Assembly: GCF_009914755.1 (NCBI RefSeq)
Contig: NC_060938.1
Source: the human T2T-CHM13v2.0 reference genome, Homo sapiens
Direction: 5' to 3' (one strand)
DNA length: 64,000 nucleotides
Shown here: one piece after another, positions 47,211-62,548 of the stretch
Position numbering within the stretch: the first letter of the stretch is position 1
How the letters are laid out: each line of letters starts with the position of its first letter
Made by a program: the position numbers and the translations under genes
Notes under the pieces: generated by a model
What the model was told of the DNA's origin: nothing
Database searches by the model: none
What the model saw: the letters and a program-made list of their open reading frames with translations, nothing else

Positions 47211-47711
47211 GTTTTTATCTAATGTGTGGCCAACATCTTTTTCTCATGGTACAATGAATATTATGGCACCTTATTTACTGAGCCTTATAGAAATAATCTG
47301 TACAACTTAGACATAAGAAAATGTGAGCTTTTAGTCCGAATCAAGTATTGTTTTACCAATTTCAAATGAGCGATTGGTAGTTTCGTGCAGAATTTTAACG
47401 TCATGGCTGCATAATGTCTAAGTGTACAAGCCCATAATTCCTTAGAACTATTTTCACTTTTAAAAAATTCATATCAGTTATTTTTACAGACCATATTTTG
47501 GGGGTGAAAATTATTAAAAATTCTCTTAATTCAAGAAAAACTCTGTGTCATGAATTTCCCCCAGTCTTTGAGTATCTATAGCTTAAAGAACATGTTCTAC
47601 TTTGTGAACAGATAGGTGTTTGGTAAGAGGTATATAAATATACTTTTTCTGGTTTCATTTATTTTAAGATAATTTTTTTTCACCTCATGACAGTCATTTG
47701 GGGCTGACAAT

Positions 47712-47725
47712 GTTACCATGGTAAC
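47712..47725. promoter_or_regulatory. Perfect palindromic RFX X-box motif
   Basis: GTTACCATGGTAAC matches GTTRCCATGGYAAC; function untested. Confidence 0.5.
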
Positions 47726-48603
47726 CATGTTCCAAAATTCTGGTTGCTAGTGAATATTGATCCTTAGCACTTCAACACCCTTCATTCACTACAATGTTCA
47801 CTTCTCTACGTGAAGGAGGCTCTGCTCAGAGAGCACATTTAGGTCAAGGAGTCCTGGCTTGGTAGCGGCTAGGTACTCCAGAATAAATCTACAGGATTTT
47901 CCTCCCAGGAACCCCATCTAAAGATCCCATTGAGAATCTGACTCAACCCACAACATTCTGGCTTACATTTTCACTGAAACAGATAGGAGCAAAACTTCTT
48001 TGTTTCCTTTTCAGCTGCATCGCGAGAGCTCAGAAGCTCAGTCAATGCAAAACAGAAGGCACTGAGGGAAAATTTCAGATGAGAATGGACGTACCCTCTC
48101 CAGAGGCAAAGAAGTTTGCAAATTACTTTTTGAAGCCCTCTCTATATAATTTTGAGGTTAAAAATGCTTTCCTCCTGCGAAGGAGAGATTTTAATCTGGA
48201 TTGTATGCTGGAGCTCAATGATTGATCCAAATCAGAGTCCAGAGGCCTCATGGGAATGATGATCGTCAGGGCTACAGTGGGGCAACTGCAGATGGAGCTT
48301 GCCCCTCTCCTCCATAAATGGGGAAGAGCCTCTCACCTCCAGTGAGGTTTTGTGCATAAGAAAGGGGAGGCTTGTTAGAGACAGCAGCTTTGAAAACTTA
48401 ATTCTCCTTGCCAAGAACTAATGGACTATCTTCAATGTGCATGAAAATGTGTCTGCACAGTGACCAGAGAAGCCAAAATGAGGCCTCTGCAGACCTAATT
48501 TGGCATCAATTTATCTCCATATGAGAAAGTCTGGTTGTACTTATTTTACTCTCTGCTCTAACCAAGAAAAAAACAAAAACCCGGCAAAGGTTCATTGAGA
48601 CAA

Positions 48604-48659
48604 CAGTCGGTCACTAAAAAGGAATTTGAACCAGTCGGTCACAGAAAAGGAATTTGAAC
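48604..48659 (+). repeat. 2 x 28-bp tandem duplication
   Basis: CAGTCGGTCAC(TA/AG)AAAAGGAATTTGAAC twice. Confidence 0.9.
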
Positions 48660-48787
48660 GAAGATAACGTAGTTACATTTTACCCACATGTTCCTGAGGC
48701 CAGTGTGCTAATAGTTAACAAATGCTATTTAGCCCATCACCATTAGATTAACATTTAACCAAATCAGCATAGACTTTGTGTGACTAA

Positions 48788-49135
<348 letters not shown>

Positions 49136-49329
49136 ACAGATATCTTTTGATATCTCAAGAACTATGGACGGAATTAAAGAATTCCAAGACCAATTAAAGA
49201 ATTTCAAGTGAGACAATTCATTTTCTTATGATCTTGGTCCTGTGTTTGGAGAGGCAAATGTGTGTTTTAGTGAAATGTAAATCCAGGGAGAAGGTGCAGT
49301 AGAAGAAACTGCTCACCTGTCCTTGTAGC

Positions 49330-49480
49330 TATAGCTAACCTTTATGGAGCTCTATCAGCTAGGCAGTATTTACTCATCAGTTCTGGGAGGTGAATGCTGT
49401 TATAATCTCCATTTTCCAAATGTGACAACAGAGACACAGAGAAGTTAAGTGACTTGCCCAACATCAAACAGCTAGTTTTA
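49330..49480 (-). mobile_element. MIR
   Basis: GAGACACAGAGAAGTTAAGTGACTTGCCCAACATCAAACAGCTAG. Confidence 0.85.
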
Positions 49481-50468
49481 CAGGACCATGCTCCTTGTAT
49501 AAGTTGTTACACATGGTCCCCCTAGCTTTGTGGCTCACGATCCTGTGTGCAGAATGCTATTGTGGAAAGCAGGGAGAAAATCAAGCTGCGGTATACTGGG
49601 AGAGAAAGAACAAAGGAAAGCTCTTAAGGCGACAACAAGGACAATGTCTCCAAGGACAGTGCAATTTCCCATCAGTGAGGTACTGGTCAGGCTCCCCAGC
49701 CTCAGAGGCCCATCCAGGGTTTCTTCGCTGCCAGAGTCATGCTGTTCAACTGCTCGTAGGGGTGCTTCAGCCCTGGAAAGGAGTCCAGGCGGTAGGGCTG
49801 CCAGAGACCTGGCTGGTCTATCCAAAGACAAAGGAGGATGCCATTCCTCTGTAAGTTCTCTTTCAAATGACCTTTCTGAGATAGATCCTGTTTGCTTTAG
49901 TGTCTGCCCTCCTCAGTACATCCTCCCCGGCTCCAAAAAGACACATCCCTTGATATTCATCCAGTTCTCCCAATGGCCTTGGATGCTTGTGACTGTGCTT
50001 CTCAGGGGAATGGAGTCATTCCTAGTGCTGGGTTTCTGGAAGGATCTTATCAGAGTGAATGTAGTGTGACGTTTGGATACAGATTGGCTTATTAGCAAAA
50101 GCACCTTTTAACACTGATGCTGCCCGTTTTCCCTGGAAAATGAGCCTCTGTTTAATCCAAATAATATATGGAGAATGTTCAGAACTGTGATGTTACCATC
50201 TGTTGCTGGAAATTGAAAAGCAGAGAGGAAATATGCTAATACCTCTCTTTGGAATTTCTTCACCTGCCCTCTCAGTATAGTAACAGTCTGTTAGGTCTCA
50301 AACCTTTGCACCATTTATCATTAGGCCATAAGATAATGAATGCCTCTGGCCCTAAAATGTGCATCATTACAATCATTTGGTTTAAAAATATATGAGTATC
50401 TCTAATAAAAGGGATGATTATATCAATTTTAAAAACTTAAAAATCCAACGGCAAGTCCTCTTGGTTAA

Positions 50469-50800
<332 letters not shown>

Positions 50801-51869
50801 AGGTTTAGTTTTAAGCTAATGATTTAAAGTATAATTTAGTTGTTCCTCTGAAGATTATAACTTTAAAAAAAGTCACATTTGGAGATAATTGTTCACATTT
50901 GCCTGAGGATGTTTCTATTTGAAAATGCATAATAGAATGTAAAATTATGATTTATAATAGCTTTCAGTTTATAATTAAAATCAAAATGGGAACATTCAAG
51001 TAAATGAAACAACTAGATATTTCTAAAAGGTATTCTTTATATGAAGATTCAAGGTAACATGTTTTGTTAGCATTCTTCCACATTGATTTAAATTGGTTTT
51101 TTTGCTTTTATGCAGGTGAGGTGGGGAGGAGCAGATGTTTTGCCTCTAGTGAGACAATAATTTACTTCCCTATTATTGTTTGACTTTGCCTTGTTTCTGC
51201 CTATGAATTACTAACAGAGGCTTGCAGCACTATCTATGGGGCCTGAAACATACAATAAGGGGCCAGAAGGCCTTGAGAGAGCTGAAAAAGAAATCATCAC
51301 CCTAGCCTCACCCAGTCACCTGTCTCCAGGCAAAATAATTCCCTGTCCTTCATGATGATTCGGAGAAGACCAGCCCCACTCAGCTGCTGTTGCCAACCAA
51401 CCATAGTTCTTGTTACCCTGGGCCACAAGTGCCTTATCCACTAGATTGAGAAAGTTAATGCCAGAGGGAAGTGAGAAACTAACTATGGAAGAGTGGACCC
51501 ATGTTGCAAAAACAAAGTTCTAGGGAAAGACGTGAACAAAGATGGGTGAGTATGAATGGGGTCTGACTGGAACATGGCAGAGAAGAAATTCAACTATGCA
51601 ATGAGATAAAGCAAAGATTCTAATGAAAGACTGATGTGGTCATAAACAAACAAACAAACAAACAAAAAACAGGTGCCCAATGAATACTTCTAACTGAAAA
51701 AAAATCTGAAGATGCTGGTCAGAGGATCCTCAGGAGGGAAAAAACCTGACTTTCCTTGGTAAGGGCCTGTGGAGCAAGTAATTGCAGCTTGAACCATGGG
51801 GTCTCCTTGGAGCTGCGGGCACCAAGCATCAGATCTGAACACAGAAGCTGGGCCAGTTTGTTAAGTAGG

Positions 51870-52570
51870 GTGCGGCAGAGACTGTTAGTTGCCTATCCAA
51901 TATCCAGTCTCCTCTTTTTCCTTGGTCACATAACCCAGATTTTAATCTGGGTGGCAGTGTGCTCAGCTGAAAGACTACACTTGGAAGCCACATTTGCAGC
52001 CTGAGGGCCAGTGAGACATAAGCAGAAGTTGTTGGGTAGTCTTCTGTGGACTCCTTAAGAGGGAATAGACTACTCACAGACTCCTTTTTCTCCTTCTCCC
52101 TTCCTTCCATGCCTTTCTGGAACAGGAAGTTTAACATGATGATTGGCGCTCTAGCTGTCACATTGGACCATGAAGTTATGTTGTTTTTTTTTTTAATTAA
52201 TTTTTAGTTTTATTTCAGTGGTTTTGGGGGTATAGGTGGTTTTTGATTCCACGGATAGGTTCTTTGGTGGTGATTTCTGAGATTTTAGAGCAGTGTACAC
52301 TGTACCCAATATGTAGTCTCTTATCCCTCACCCCTCCCAACTTCTCCCCACACCGAGTCCCCAAAGTCCGCTATGTCATTCTTATACCTTTGCATCCTCA
52401 TAGCTTAGGAAGTGATCTTGAAGATGAAAGCCATATTCTAAGGATGGCAGGACGAAAAGATAAAACTTTGATGATGCTGTATCTCCCATACCAGCCAGAC
52501 TCCAGCCTTCTTTTATATGAGAGAGAAATAAGCTTCTATGTTGTTGAAAACACTGTTACTTCTTCATTCA
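51870..52570 (+). mobile_element. MLT1 (I/J-like) LTR interrupted by L1PB
   Basis: TGCGGCAGAGACTG..GGCCAGTGAGACATAAGCAGAAGT..GAGAGAGAAATAA. Confidence 0.8.
52184..52408 (-). mobile_element. L1PB-like 3' end, 5' truncated
   Basis: GAGCAGTGTACACTGTACCCAAT..GAGTCCCCAAAGTCC..CATCCTCATAGCTTA; degenerate TSD ~GAAGT.AT.TTG. Confidence 0.88.
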
Positions 52571-52749
52571 CCCAGGACATCACAAGCTTAGTGATCTTGG
52601 AAAGGCTTTGACAGAGGAGTGAAAAACTGGCGTGTTTTGGTTTGTTTATTTGTTTCAGTTAAATAAACTGTAAGACAAAGGTGATTTAAAATGACAAAAT
52701 ATAGTCTCTGAGCTCAGTCATAAAAAGGAATCAAGGGATTATGTAATTG

Positions 52750-53245
52750 TATTATGTATTTATTTGGTCTAAACAAAAAAGAGCTTTATTCTCTCATGTA
52801 AGTGAGTAGTCCGGAGGTCACGTGGGCTTCAGATAAGGCCTCATGAACAGCTGGACGAGACAATGAAGACCCAGTGTCTTTCTGTCTCTTCTTAGTCTCC
52901 ATGGTGACGGCTTTATTCTTGGGCTGTCTTGCCAGATGATCACAAGATGGCTGCCAGACACAACCTGAGTTATGGATGTCCTCATTCACATTTCCTCAGA
53001 GAAAGGAAACTTCTTTCCCAGAAGCCCCTGGCAAAGTCACCTTGCATTGGCCTGCATTGGGTGACTATCCCTAAGCCAATCTCTGGAGCTAGGATGATAG
53101 GGGTCACTGGTTGGTTTAAACCTCCCAAGGTCTACCCAGAGAATTGCAATGATGTTAATCCCTGCCAACAGCATGGCTAGGAAGTATGGGACCCTGTTAG
53201 GAAAGAGAAAAGAAGAAAAATGCCTGTGGGGAGGCCACCCTATGC
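52750..53245 (-). mobile_element. MLT1 (K-like) LTR
   Basis: CACAAGATGGCTGCCAG; TTTCCCAGAAGCCCC; CATTGGCC. Confidence 0.65.
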
Positions 53246-54389
53246 CCTATATTTTTCCTCGTCATCCTCACCAGGTAGTGTTATTTAAAGGACTTTAATA
53301 TTTTAAAAGGCAAATTGCTCCCAAAAGGTCTATTGCCCTCAAATTTCATTTTCAGTAGCCTGAAACCCAGTATTAGACTTATTGATTTGGGGTAAGGCGC
53401 GGGATTTCCTGAAAAACCTTTGCTTCATTCATTCAACTTACCTCATTCATTAATTCCTCGGTAGACATTTCTTGGGTGCTGGTTATGTGTCATACACTCT
53501 GCAGGTCTTGCCTGAGAGGATAAACACATCATAAGCCATTAGGATCGGTGGCACTAGCACATGGGGCACTTGTACTCTTTATGAAGGTCGGGAAGCAAGT
53601 AGGAGGGCACGGGAGACAGGACAGGTAAGTTTTGATCGTGAGGAGGGAAGAGGCCTAGGAGTTGGGCATAGGGTGATGCCCAGAGAGACTGCACCTGCAT
53701 GAGTCCCTCAGTGAGGACCCGGGGTGGGCTCTTAGTTCTTTGAAACTCAGAAAGGGAGACTGCTGTGAGGGCTGCATTTGGGGACTTGAAGCAGTGCCTG
53801 TTTTGCCGTCTTATGAGGGCAGGCTTTGTAATTGGGGTTTCCAGTCCCCCAGTTAGGAAGTCTCTGGGGGAAAGATGACTAGAGTCTGTGGTTCTTGATT
53901 TGGGCTTGGAGAGGATTTGGGGGTAAGATGCTAGGAAATGAGAGTGAAATCTCTGAAACTTACAGGAAGAATCTTCCCCAGTCCAGCTTGTCTGCTGCTC
54001 TCCTGACGCTGGAACAGCTTCTCAGGAGTTTTCCATTTTTCATGGCACAATTCTTTCTCCTGCAAGGATAAGAGAATAAGAGCTTCATAACCCAAATAGT
54101 TCACAGCGTGGTATTCGCCTCTATTTAAAATCATCTCCCATTGGGTTCAATTAACAATGTACATGTCAAATTATGTCACACCCATTACTTGCTCTAATTT
54201 GGTCAGGCTGGGTCAGGCAGTCCCTGAACTGATGGAGCTGTTAACCTCCCAGCAGAGAGTCACGGTGGCTGTGCCTGCACTGCCCTTGGCCTTGGCTGTG
54301 TCAGGGCAGAACACTGTACTGGGAAAGTACCAGGCAGTGCTGCAGGAAAGGTCAAGTTCGTGACGACAGTGACCAGTCATCAAGCCCTT

Positions 54390-54660
54390 TACCAGAGCTT
54401 TGCCTCTAGAGATGACTATGTGAATTGAATCGTGGCTCTGTCATTTAGCAGCTGTGTGATCTTGGGCACGTGAACTTTTCTGAGCCTCATTTTCCACATC
54501 TGTAAAATGAGACTATTATAACACTTCATTTATATTTATACTTTTAATTATATTGATATTTATTTCACTAGGGTTGTAGTGAGGATTAAATGCCATAATG
54601 CATGTAAAGTGTTTTGCATAATGCCTGGCACTTAGGATTAACTCAATACCAGCTATTTAG
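54390..54660 (+). mobile_element. MIR
   Basis: AGCAGCTGTGTGATCTTGGGCA..TGAGCCTCATTTTCCACATCTGTAAAATG..GTGAGGATTAAATG. Confidence 0.88.
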
Positions 54661-55033
54661 TAGTAGTATTTAATTTTTAAAAAATCTTGTTTGGTCCCTC
54701 AAAACTGGGATTCCTTCTGAGATCACATTCAGGAAATATTTCATCAGCCCTCAAGAAACTCGGAGAAGACAGGCAGTCTTTCCTGGAACGGGTAGAGGGG
54801 AACCAAAGGATCTGCAATGGTACCTAGACATCAGGATTATTAATATGTGTGCCAAGAGCAACCCTGACTTTAAGAACACCTCTGTGTGGGCACAGAAAGC
54901 TTCTTTTTCTGCCTTGGGGTTTCACAGGTCAATCAATCTGTGTGGTCAATCTTTGTGCGGTCAATCTGCAGAGCCCCAAGGGAGAAGGTAGAAGGGTGCT
55001 GGGCACTCTCTCCATTTTAAGTAGAGGTAAACT

Positions 55034-55396
<363 letters not shown>

Positions 55397-55716
55397 TCAA
55401 AAAACAAGGGAAACTGTACTAATTGTAGAGCTAGAGGCAGAATCTCTTGCCCAGAGAGACTTGAGACTGAGGCCAATATTGGGGAAAATTACCTTGGTTT
55501 ACTTTACAAGCACAAAGGCTATGCTTCTTACCCTCTCTCCACATCCAAAAATCTCTGGGGTACATCGGCAGCCTCCTTTATGGTACATCCAGGAGATAGA
55601 TAGTGTGTTGTGGAAAAAGCCCTGGGTTGTAGTCAAGAAACTTGTCCTGTAATCCCAGTCCTGCGAAACCAGCGATGTGGCCTTGGAAATGTCACTGAAC
55701 ATAGTACTGTACTTGA

Positions 55717-56097
<381 letters not shown>

Positions 56098-57029
56098 TAG
56101 AGTGTCTTGCTAGGCTCTAACATTTTCTGACTCCAAAGCCTCTTTCAGCACATTCCACACAATTCAGTCCAAAGGCGATGTCAGCCCTCACAGTCAGCTC
56201 CCATGAGCAAATCAGTGTGTGATTCCGCATGTACCAGGCTGTCTGTGTGCTCGGGCCCTGGGTCCTGTCTGTTTCTTGGTTAATTTGGCATTGAAGCCTG
56301 CATCTTGGGCTCACCTGGGGCCAGTAGCGCCTGGACCCTGACTTGCTCCAGAGGGGCCTTCTTGCCATTGTGCTGTGGTCTAGAACACCAGCTGCACCTG
56401 CCCTGAGTCCAAGAGCAGATTAGGAAACCTGACCAGCCTCCCCTGCACCCTTGAGGCCAGCGTCCTTCACAGGAGTTTTGAATTCACAGAAATGTGTCTC
56501 CAGCTGTCTCAGAGTTATGAAAAGTCTCTGTGTTAATAAGGAGCTATGGAACGCCAGGGCTAAAGCTGTCTTTAACTCTTCTTTCAAAACATTCAATCCT
56601 GACATTCTTTGGCTTAGTAAATGGGGAGGAGGCTTTTGCATTTGTGTGGGGGCGAAGGAAGGCATAAACTGCGGCTCCCAGGGCTGACTTCTGTCCAGGA
56701 AACACAGGTCTAGACGTCCTCTGAGTGGCAGAGAGAACAGGAGAGTGGGACTCTGTGGTGGGAGTGACACTGTGGCCCCTCGCCTGCAGGACACTCCAAG
56801 CAAGTGGGGTGGGGCTGCATGGGTGAGTGTTGGGGTGCAGTGAGCAGAGGAGGGGGTGCTGTGTGCTCACCCACCATGTGCTCTTGCCCACTACTGTTGG
56901 GTAGGACCACAATCTAGTGTTGCCAAACACGGTGAAACTTGTGATTCTTGGAAGAAATCAGGAATCTCAATTTTACATGAATTTTCCCAGTTTCAAAATG
57001 ATGACACATTTAATTTTTACAATTCCTTA

Positions 57030-57174
57030 GGCCGGGCATGGTGGCTCATGCCTGTAATCCCAACACTGGGAGGCTGAGATGAGAGGATCACTTAAAACCA
57101 GGAGTTCAAGACCAGCCTGGGCAACATAGCAAAACCCCATCTCTATTTAAAAAAACCCAAATCATTAAAAAAAA
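57030..57174 (+). mobile_element. FLAM_C
   Basis: Single left arm; TSD AATTCCT(T/C)A. Confidence 0.9.
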
Positions 57175-57667
57175 TTCCTCAGACCAAGCAAATTGCACCT
57201 TCAGGCTATAGTCTGGGTAGAGTCCTGGCTGCAGGACTGGTCTGGGTGTGCTCTAATATTCTGCCCCCAAATAGGCAGAACCCCAAAGGAGGTCCTTACA
57301 TCTTAAGAGACCAAATCCATCTTACACTTGGTGACATCCTTTGTTGGAGGGAGAAGGAAGGCTCTGGCTCTCTAAAGCCTTAGGAATCTACTTTCTCTGC
57401 CACTGTATAACAGCCTACTACTGCGCTGTGGATCAGCAGTCCTCACCTTCCTTCTCCCTCTGTCTGTCCCTTGCTCCCAATAAGCCCTGATGACAGAGAG
57501 CTCAGATAGGGCCCTCTCCCTGGCTCTACTCAGGTGTGTAGCCAGGCTATAAGCTCTCACACTGTCTCCTTTCCCATTCTAGAAACAAATTTAAACCCAA
57601 GTAACAGAGAGGTACCCTGTAACATGAATCACTTTGAGCTATAATTTAGTTTTTAAAGGTAAATAAT

Positions 57668-57959
57668 TTTTTTGAGACATGGTCTCACTCTGTTGCCCAG
57701 GCTGGAGTACAGTGGTGCAATCATGGCTCACCACAGCCTCTACCTCCCGAGGTCAAGGGATCCTCCCACCTCAGCCTCCAGAGCAGGTGGGACTATTAGC
57801 ATGCGCCACCAACTCCAGTTAATTTTTGTATTTTTTGTAGAGACAGGGTTTTGCTATGTTGCCCAGGCTGCTCTTGAACTCCTGGGCTCAAACGATCTAC
57901 CATCCTCAGCCTCCCAAAGTGTTGAGATTACAGGCATGAGCCACTGTGCCTACCAGGCC
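57668..57959 (-). mobile_element. AluJ
   Basis: TSD AAAGGTAAATAAT. Confidence 0.95.
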
Positions 57960-58114
57960 AAAGGTAAATAATGTGTGTAGTTTGATACTGTATCAGAAAC
58001 TATTTGTGACACATGTCATAGCAAATGTGTGGTGACAACGGAATTTCTATATAGGAAACTCTTGGGAGTGGCATTTTGTTTGGGAGCAAGGAATGGTTAA
58101 AATACTTTATGTAA

Positions 58115-58458
<344 letters not shown>

Positions 58459-58488
58459 TAAATTGCACTTCTATTTTAAAAACAAAGT

Positions 58489-59015
58489 TGTGATGGCTAA
58501 TTTTATGTGTCAACCTGACTGGCCACAGGGCGCCCAGGTGACACCTTGTTTCTGGGTATGTCTGGGAGGATGTCTCCAGATGGAATCAGCGTTTGTACAG
58601 GTGGACACAGTAAAGTCGCTTGCCTTCCCCAATGTGAGTGGGCATCATCCAGTCCGTTGGGGGCCTGAATAAAACAAAAGGCAGAGGAAGGAGGAATTTG
58701 CCCCTTTTTTCCAGCCTCACTGCTTGACCTGGGACATTTTATGTGGTGAGCCATGATTGCAGCACTGAACTCCAGCCCTCCACTGAGATCTCATCCATCA
58801 GCTCCCCTGGTTCCCAGGCTTTCCAACTTGGGTCGTATTATATCACTAACTTTCCTGGGTCTCCAGCTTGTAGATGGCAGATCATAGGACTTCTCCACCT
58901 CTATGACCCCATGAGCCAATTCCTCATAATAAATTTCCTTTTATTTACATACACACACACACACCACACACACACACCTCCTACTAGTTCTGCTTGTCCG
59001 AAGAACCCTAATACA
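58489..59015 (+). mobile_element. MLT2 (ERVL) solo LTR
   Basis: TGTGATGGCTAATTTTATGTGTCAACCTGACTGG...GAACCCTAATACA. Confidence 0.92.
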
Positions 59016-59720
59016 CAAAGAAAACCTCCAGGAGCCACGCCTTGATGCTGCCTCTGTGACTGGTCAGGACACATGCAAGGATAAGGAGGTATGTAGAGAC
59101 CACTTTGCTCCAGATGGGGAGGAAAATGGTCGAAAGAAGTCCCAGAACAACCCAGGGAAAGTGTAGACCCTACTGCTCAGGCAAAAATTCAATTTTGAGG
59201 GTGAGAATTTTCAGCCTGGTTCCTGAAAGTGTCCTAGACAAGGAAGATGCATTCTCACCACCACGCTGGGCCATTCTGGATAAAACCAAACCTGCTTCTT
59301 GGCAAAGGTCAGTGGTAATGTCAGTAGCGTCTCAGACACCTGCCCATGGATGCCTTCTGCCAGGCAGCCAGATGGCTCATTACGACCCACATGTAGCTCT
59401 CTAGGCCCAGTGCCCTGGCTTGGTGGCAGCAGATGGCCTGGGGGACAGGGGCTTGGTCTCATTGCTCAGAGTGTTCTCAGAGACCGTCTTGGGATTAGCA
59501 AACTCAGGGGATACCAAGGAAGATTTCCTTAGACCTGGGTGGACCCAACTTAGAGTTTACTTCTAAGTAACTAGTTCTAAACTCTAGAAAAGTAGAATAA
59601 AATGAAATATACTTATTACTTGCCAGGAAGTGGTTGAATTCTTGCTGTTACTATAATGCTACTATTTGGTATTATTTCAAGTAAGTAATCAGAGGGTTTC
59701 AATATTTAAAAATAAATAAT

Positions 59721-60272
<552 letters not shown>

Positions 60273-60488
60273 TTATTGCTGTTTTCCCCCAGGAACAAAG
60301 AAATCTGGCAGGACACACACAGGTACAGCATGGACCTGCTTTCGGAGTTATGCATAATGATTTTTTAAGTTGGAGTGTGTTTGGATGAGGAGGGACAAGA
60401 AAACTGCTTCTGCAGGGGAGGTGGTCCCCACTGCAGCTTCATCTGTCCCTAGGCCACCTCCCTGCAGCCACCCCAGGCAGTCGTGCAG

Positions 60489-60589
60489 GACGTCATGTCC
60501 TGGCTGCTTTCCTCTGAGTCACAGAGCTCGCCACAGCACTTCTTCCTCCGCCTCTTACAGGCCTGGCCAGCCAGGAAGTCACAACCACA
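60489..60589. promoter_or_regulatory. Candidate enhancer: CRE-like, AP-1, ETS and RUNX motifs
   Basis: GACGTCA, TGAGTCA, CAGGAAGT, AACCACA in 101 bp; motif evidence only. Confidence 0.4.
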
Positions 60590-62511
60590 GCTAAGAGGTT
60601 CTGTGCTGAGCATCTACAGTAGCCCCCAAGTGAGGCCAGAGGTAGATGGTAATGGGTCTGAGGCTTGGGGCCATTTCACAGGACAATCATCTCTATACTT
60701 TTCATTTTGGTTTTAGAACTCTGTGGGATTTCTTTATCTCAAATGCCCTTATCAGTCTGCAGATCTCCTGAAGGCTCATCTGGTTTGCTAGGTCTTAGTC
60801 TGCTCAATACAGATGATAAGATAGTGGGTGAAACAAGAGGTTTGGTAACATAAGTTCCTGATGACATGAGTTGTACACAGTATATGTGCAATTTCTCAAC
60901 ACATGTTTGGCCTAAACACTTGCAAATACACCATCCTGAGCTAAGAGAGTGACTTTCTTTGATTTTTTTTTTCTTTAAGCAATGACACTAATCCAACAAC
61001 AATCATTGGAGAATGCCTACTATTTTCCAGGCATTCTCACAAGACCACCAGATTCAATGTGAGAGATCCCCTGCCCTCTAGAGTTTTACAGGTTAATGGA
61101 AAGGGGTTTTTACCAAGAAGCGCAAATCCAAATTACTCGTTTCTTATGTTAGCAACTTCACCCTCAGGAGTAAGCAGCAGCAGCAGCCAAGGGGCACACA
61201 GAGCCACAGGCTAAACACGGTCCACAGCTTCCTGAAATCAAAGGGCTTCAAAGATTTGGAAGACACATTTCTTTTGATTTTTAAAGCAACCACACACCTA
61301 TTCTGGAATAGTGTACAAAAATCACATAGGCCATCCCGACTCCTAACTGAATCCCCTCTTCCACCGTCAGAGGACGAGGGCACTTTTTGGCATGATGGAG
61401 AGAAGCGAGGGGGCAGGGGTGGCCAGAGAGACGGCTGGAGTGGAGGCGGGGGCACCAGCGTGGGGTGAAGGCAGAGGCACCACGGGAATGTAAATTGCAG
61501 GACGCATCCTGAGGCAGTGAGTGTTCGGGGCATTCTTGTGGGTGGTCACTTGGGCCCTAGATTAAAGGCAGAAACACAGAAATGCCTTGGGGGACGTTGT
61601 AAACTTCAACAGCTCTATCTGTTGTTTCAGGAATGAGGGAGAAACATTCACCAGAAGCTTCAGACTGGGAGGAGACAGAGTCTTTGAGGCAACCCAGGGG
61701 CTTCTTAGCTGCAGCTGTGTCTGCTTTGAAGTTCAGTCCACTCTCCCCAGGAAGCCAAGAGGCTCTCAAGTGCTTGCAGCAGAGAAGTTTCATAGAACAG
61801 AAAGAGCAGACAGAGGCACGCTGCGCCCTCCAGCACGGCTGCCTGGCAGGAAGCTTTGCTGAGTAACTTTGGTTTTAGTTGGAAACCTTCTGTCATGTTC
61901 CTGTCGGGGCAGTGTGGGGAGTGTGGGCTGCACTGTGGCGGGTGGGTTAGATTTCCTCCTTCCATGCAGTGGACAGGGATGTGGGATGGGGGCACGAAGC
62001 CATGGACAAGTGGATAACTGACCTTGAGAAGATGTAGAGGTCACCACAGAGGGTTTCCAACTCACGAAAGCATTTCTGCTATGGGAAGGACAAGGGACGC
62101 TGGCCTATGGAACAGGCCACCGGAGATTCCAGAGCAGAGCCCTGCCCAGGCCTCCAGACTTGTGGCTTTAATTATCCAGTTAGTCATAGGTTTACTGTCA
62201 TCCAAGTTTAAGAAGCTTGACTGTGACCCATGTGCAAAAAAAGGTTGTTCAGGCTTTTTTTTTTTTTTTAAAGCCACTCTGGGCTGTTCAGCAGGCTGAG
62301 ACAGGATCCCCAGAGCCCACCAGCCCTGCAGAAGTGGGGACTGCCTACCTGCACTTTTCTTTCTTAGGCACTTTTATCTTGAACACAGAGCCTCAGGCAT
62401 TGGCCAGTCCGGTTAGTCTGGAAAAACTTGAGAGCCAACAGTTTATTTCTGCTCTGAGGGCAGTTTCACTAGCACAGAGCACATGGCGAGCAGAGCCCAG
62501 ATTACAAGGCT

Positions 62512-62548
62512 GGGCGGGGCGGGGCGGGGGCGGGGGCGGGGGCGGGGG
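62512..62548 (+). repeat. (GGGGC)/(GGGGGC) array of GC boxes; G-quadruplex motif
   Basis: Seven G-runs separated by single C. Confidence 0.9.

Noticed and set aside
49495-50069. Overlapping 119-aa and 179-aa ORFs in unique DNA
   Set aside because: Non-ATG starts, no recognisable domain and no supporting exon structure; consistent with chance.
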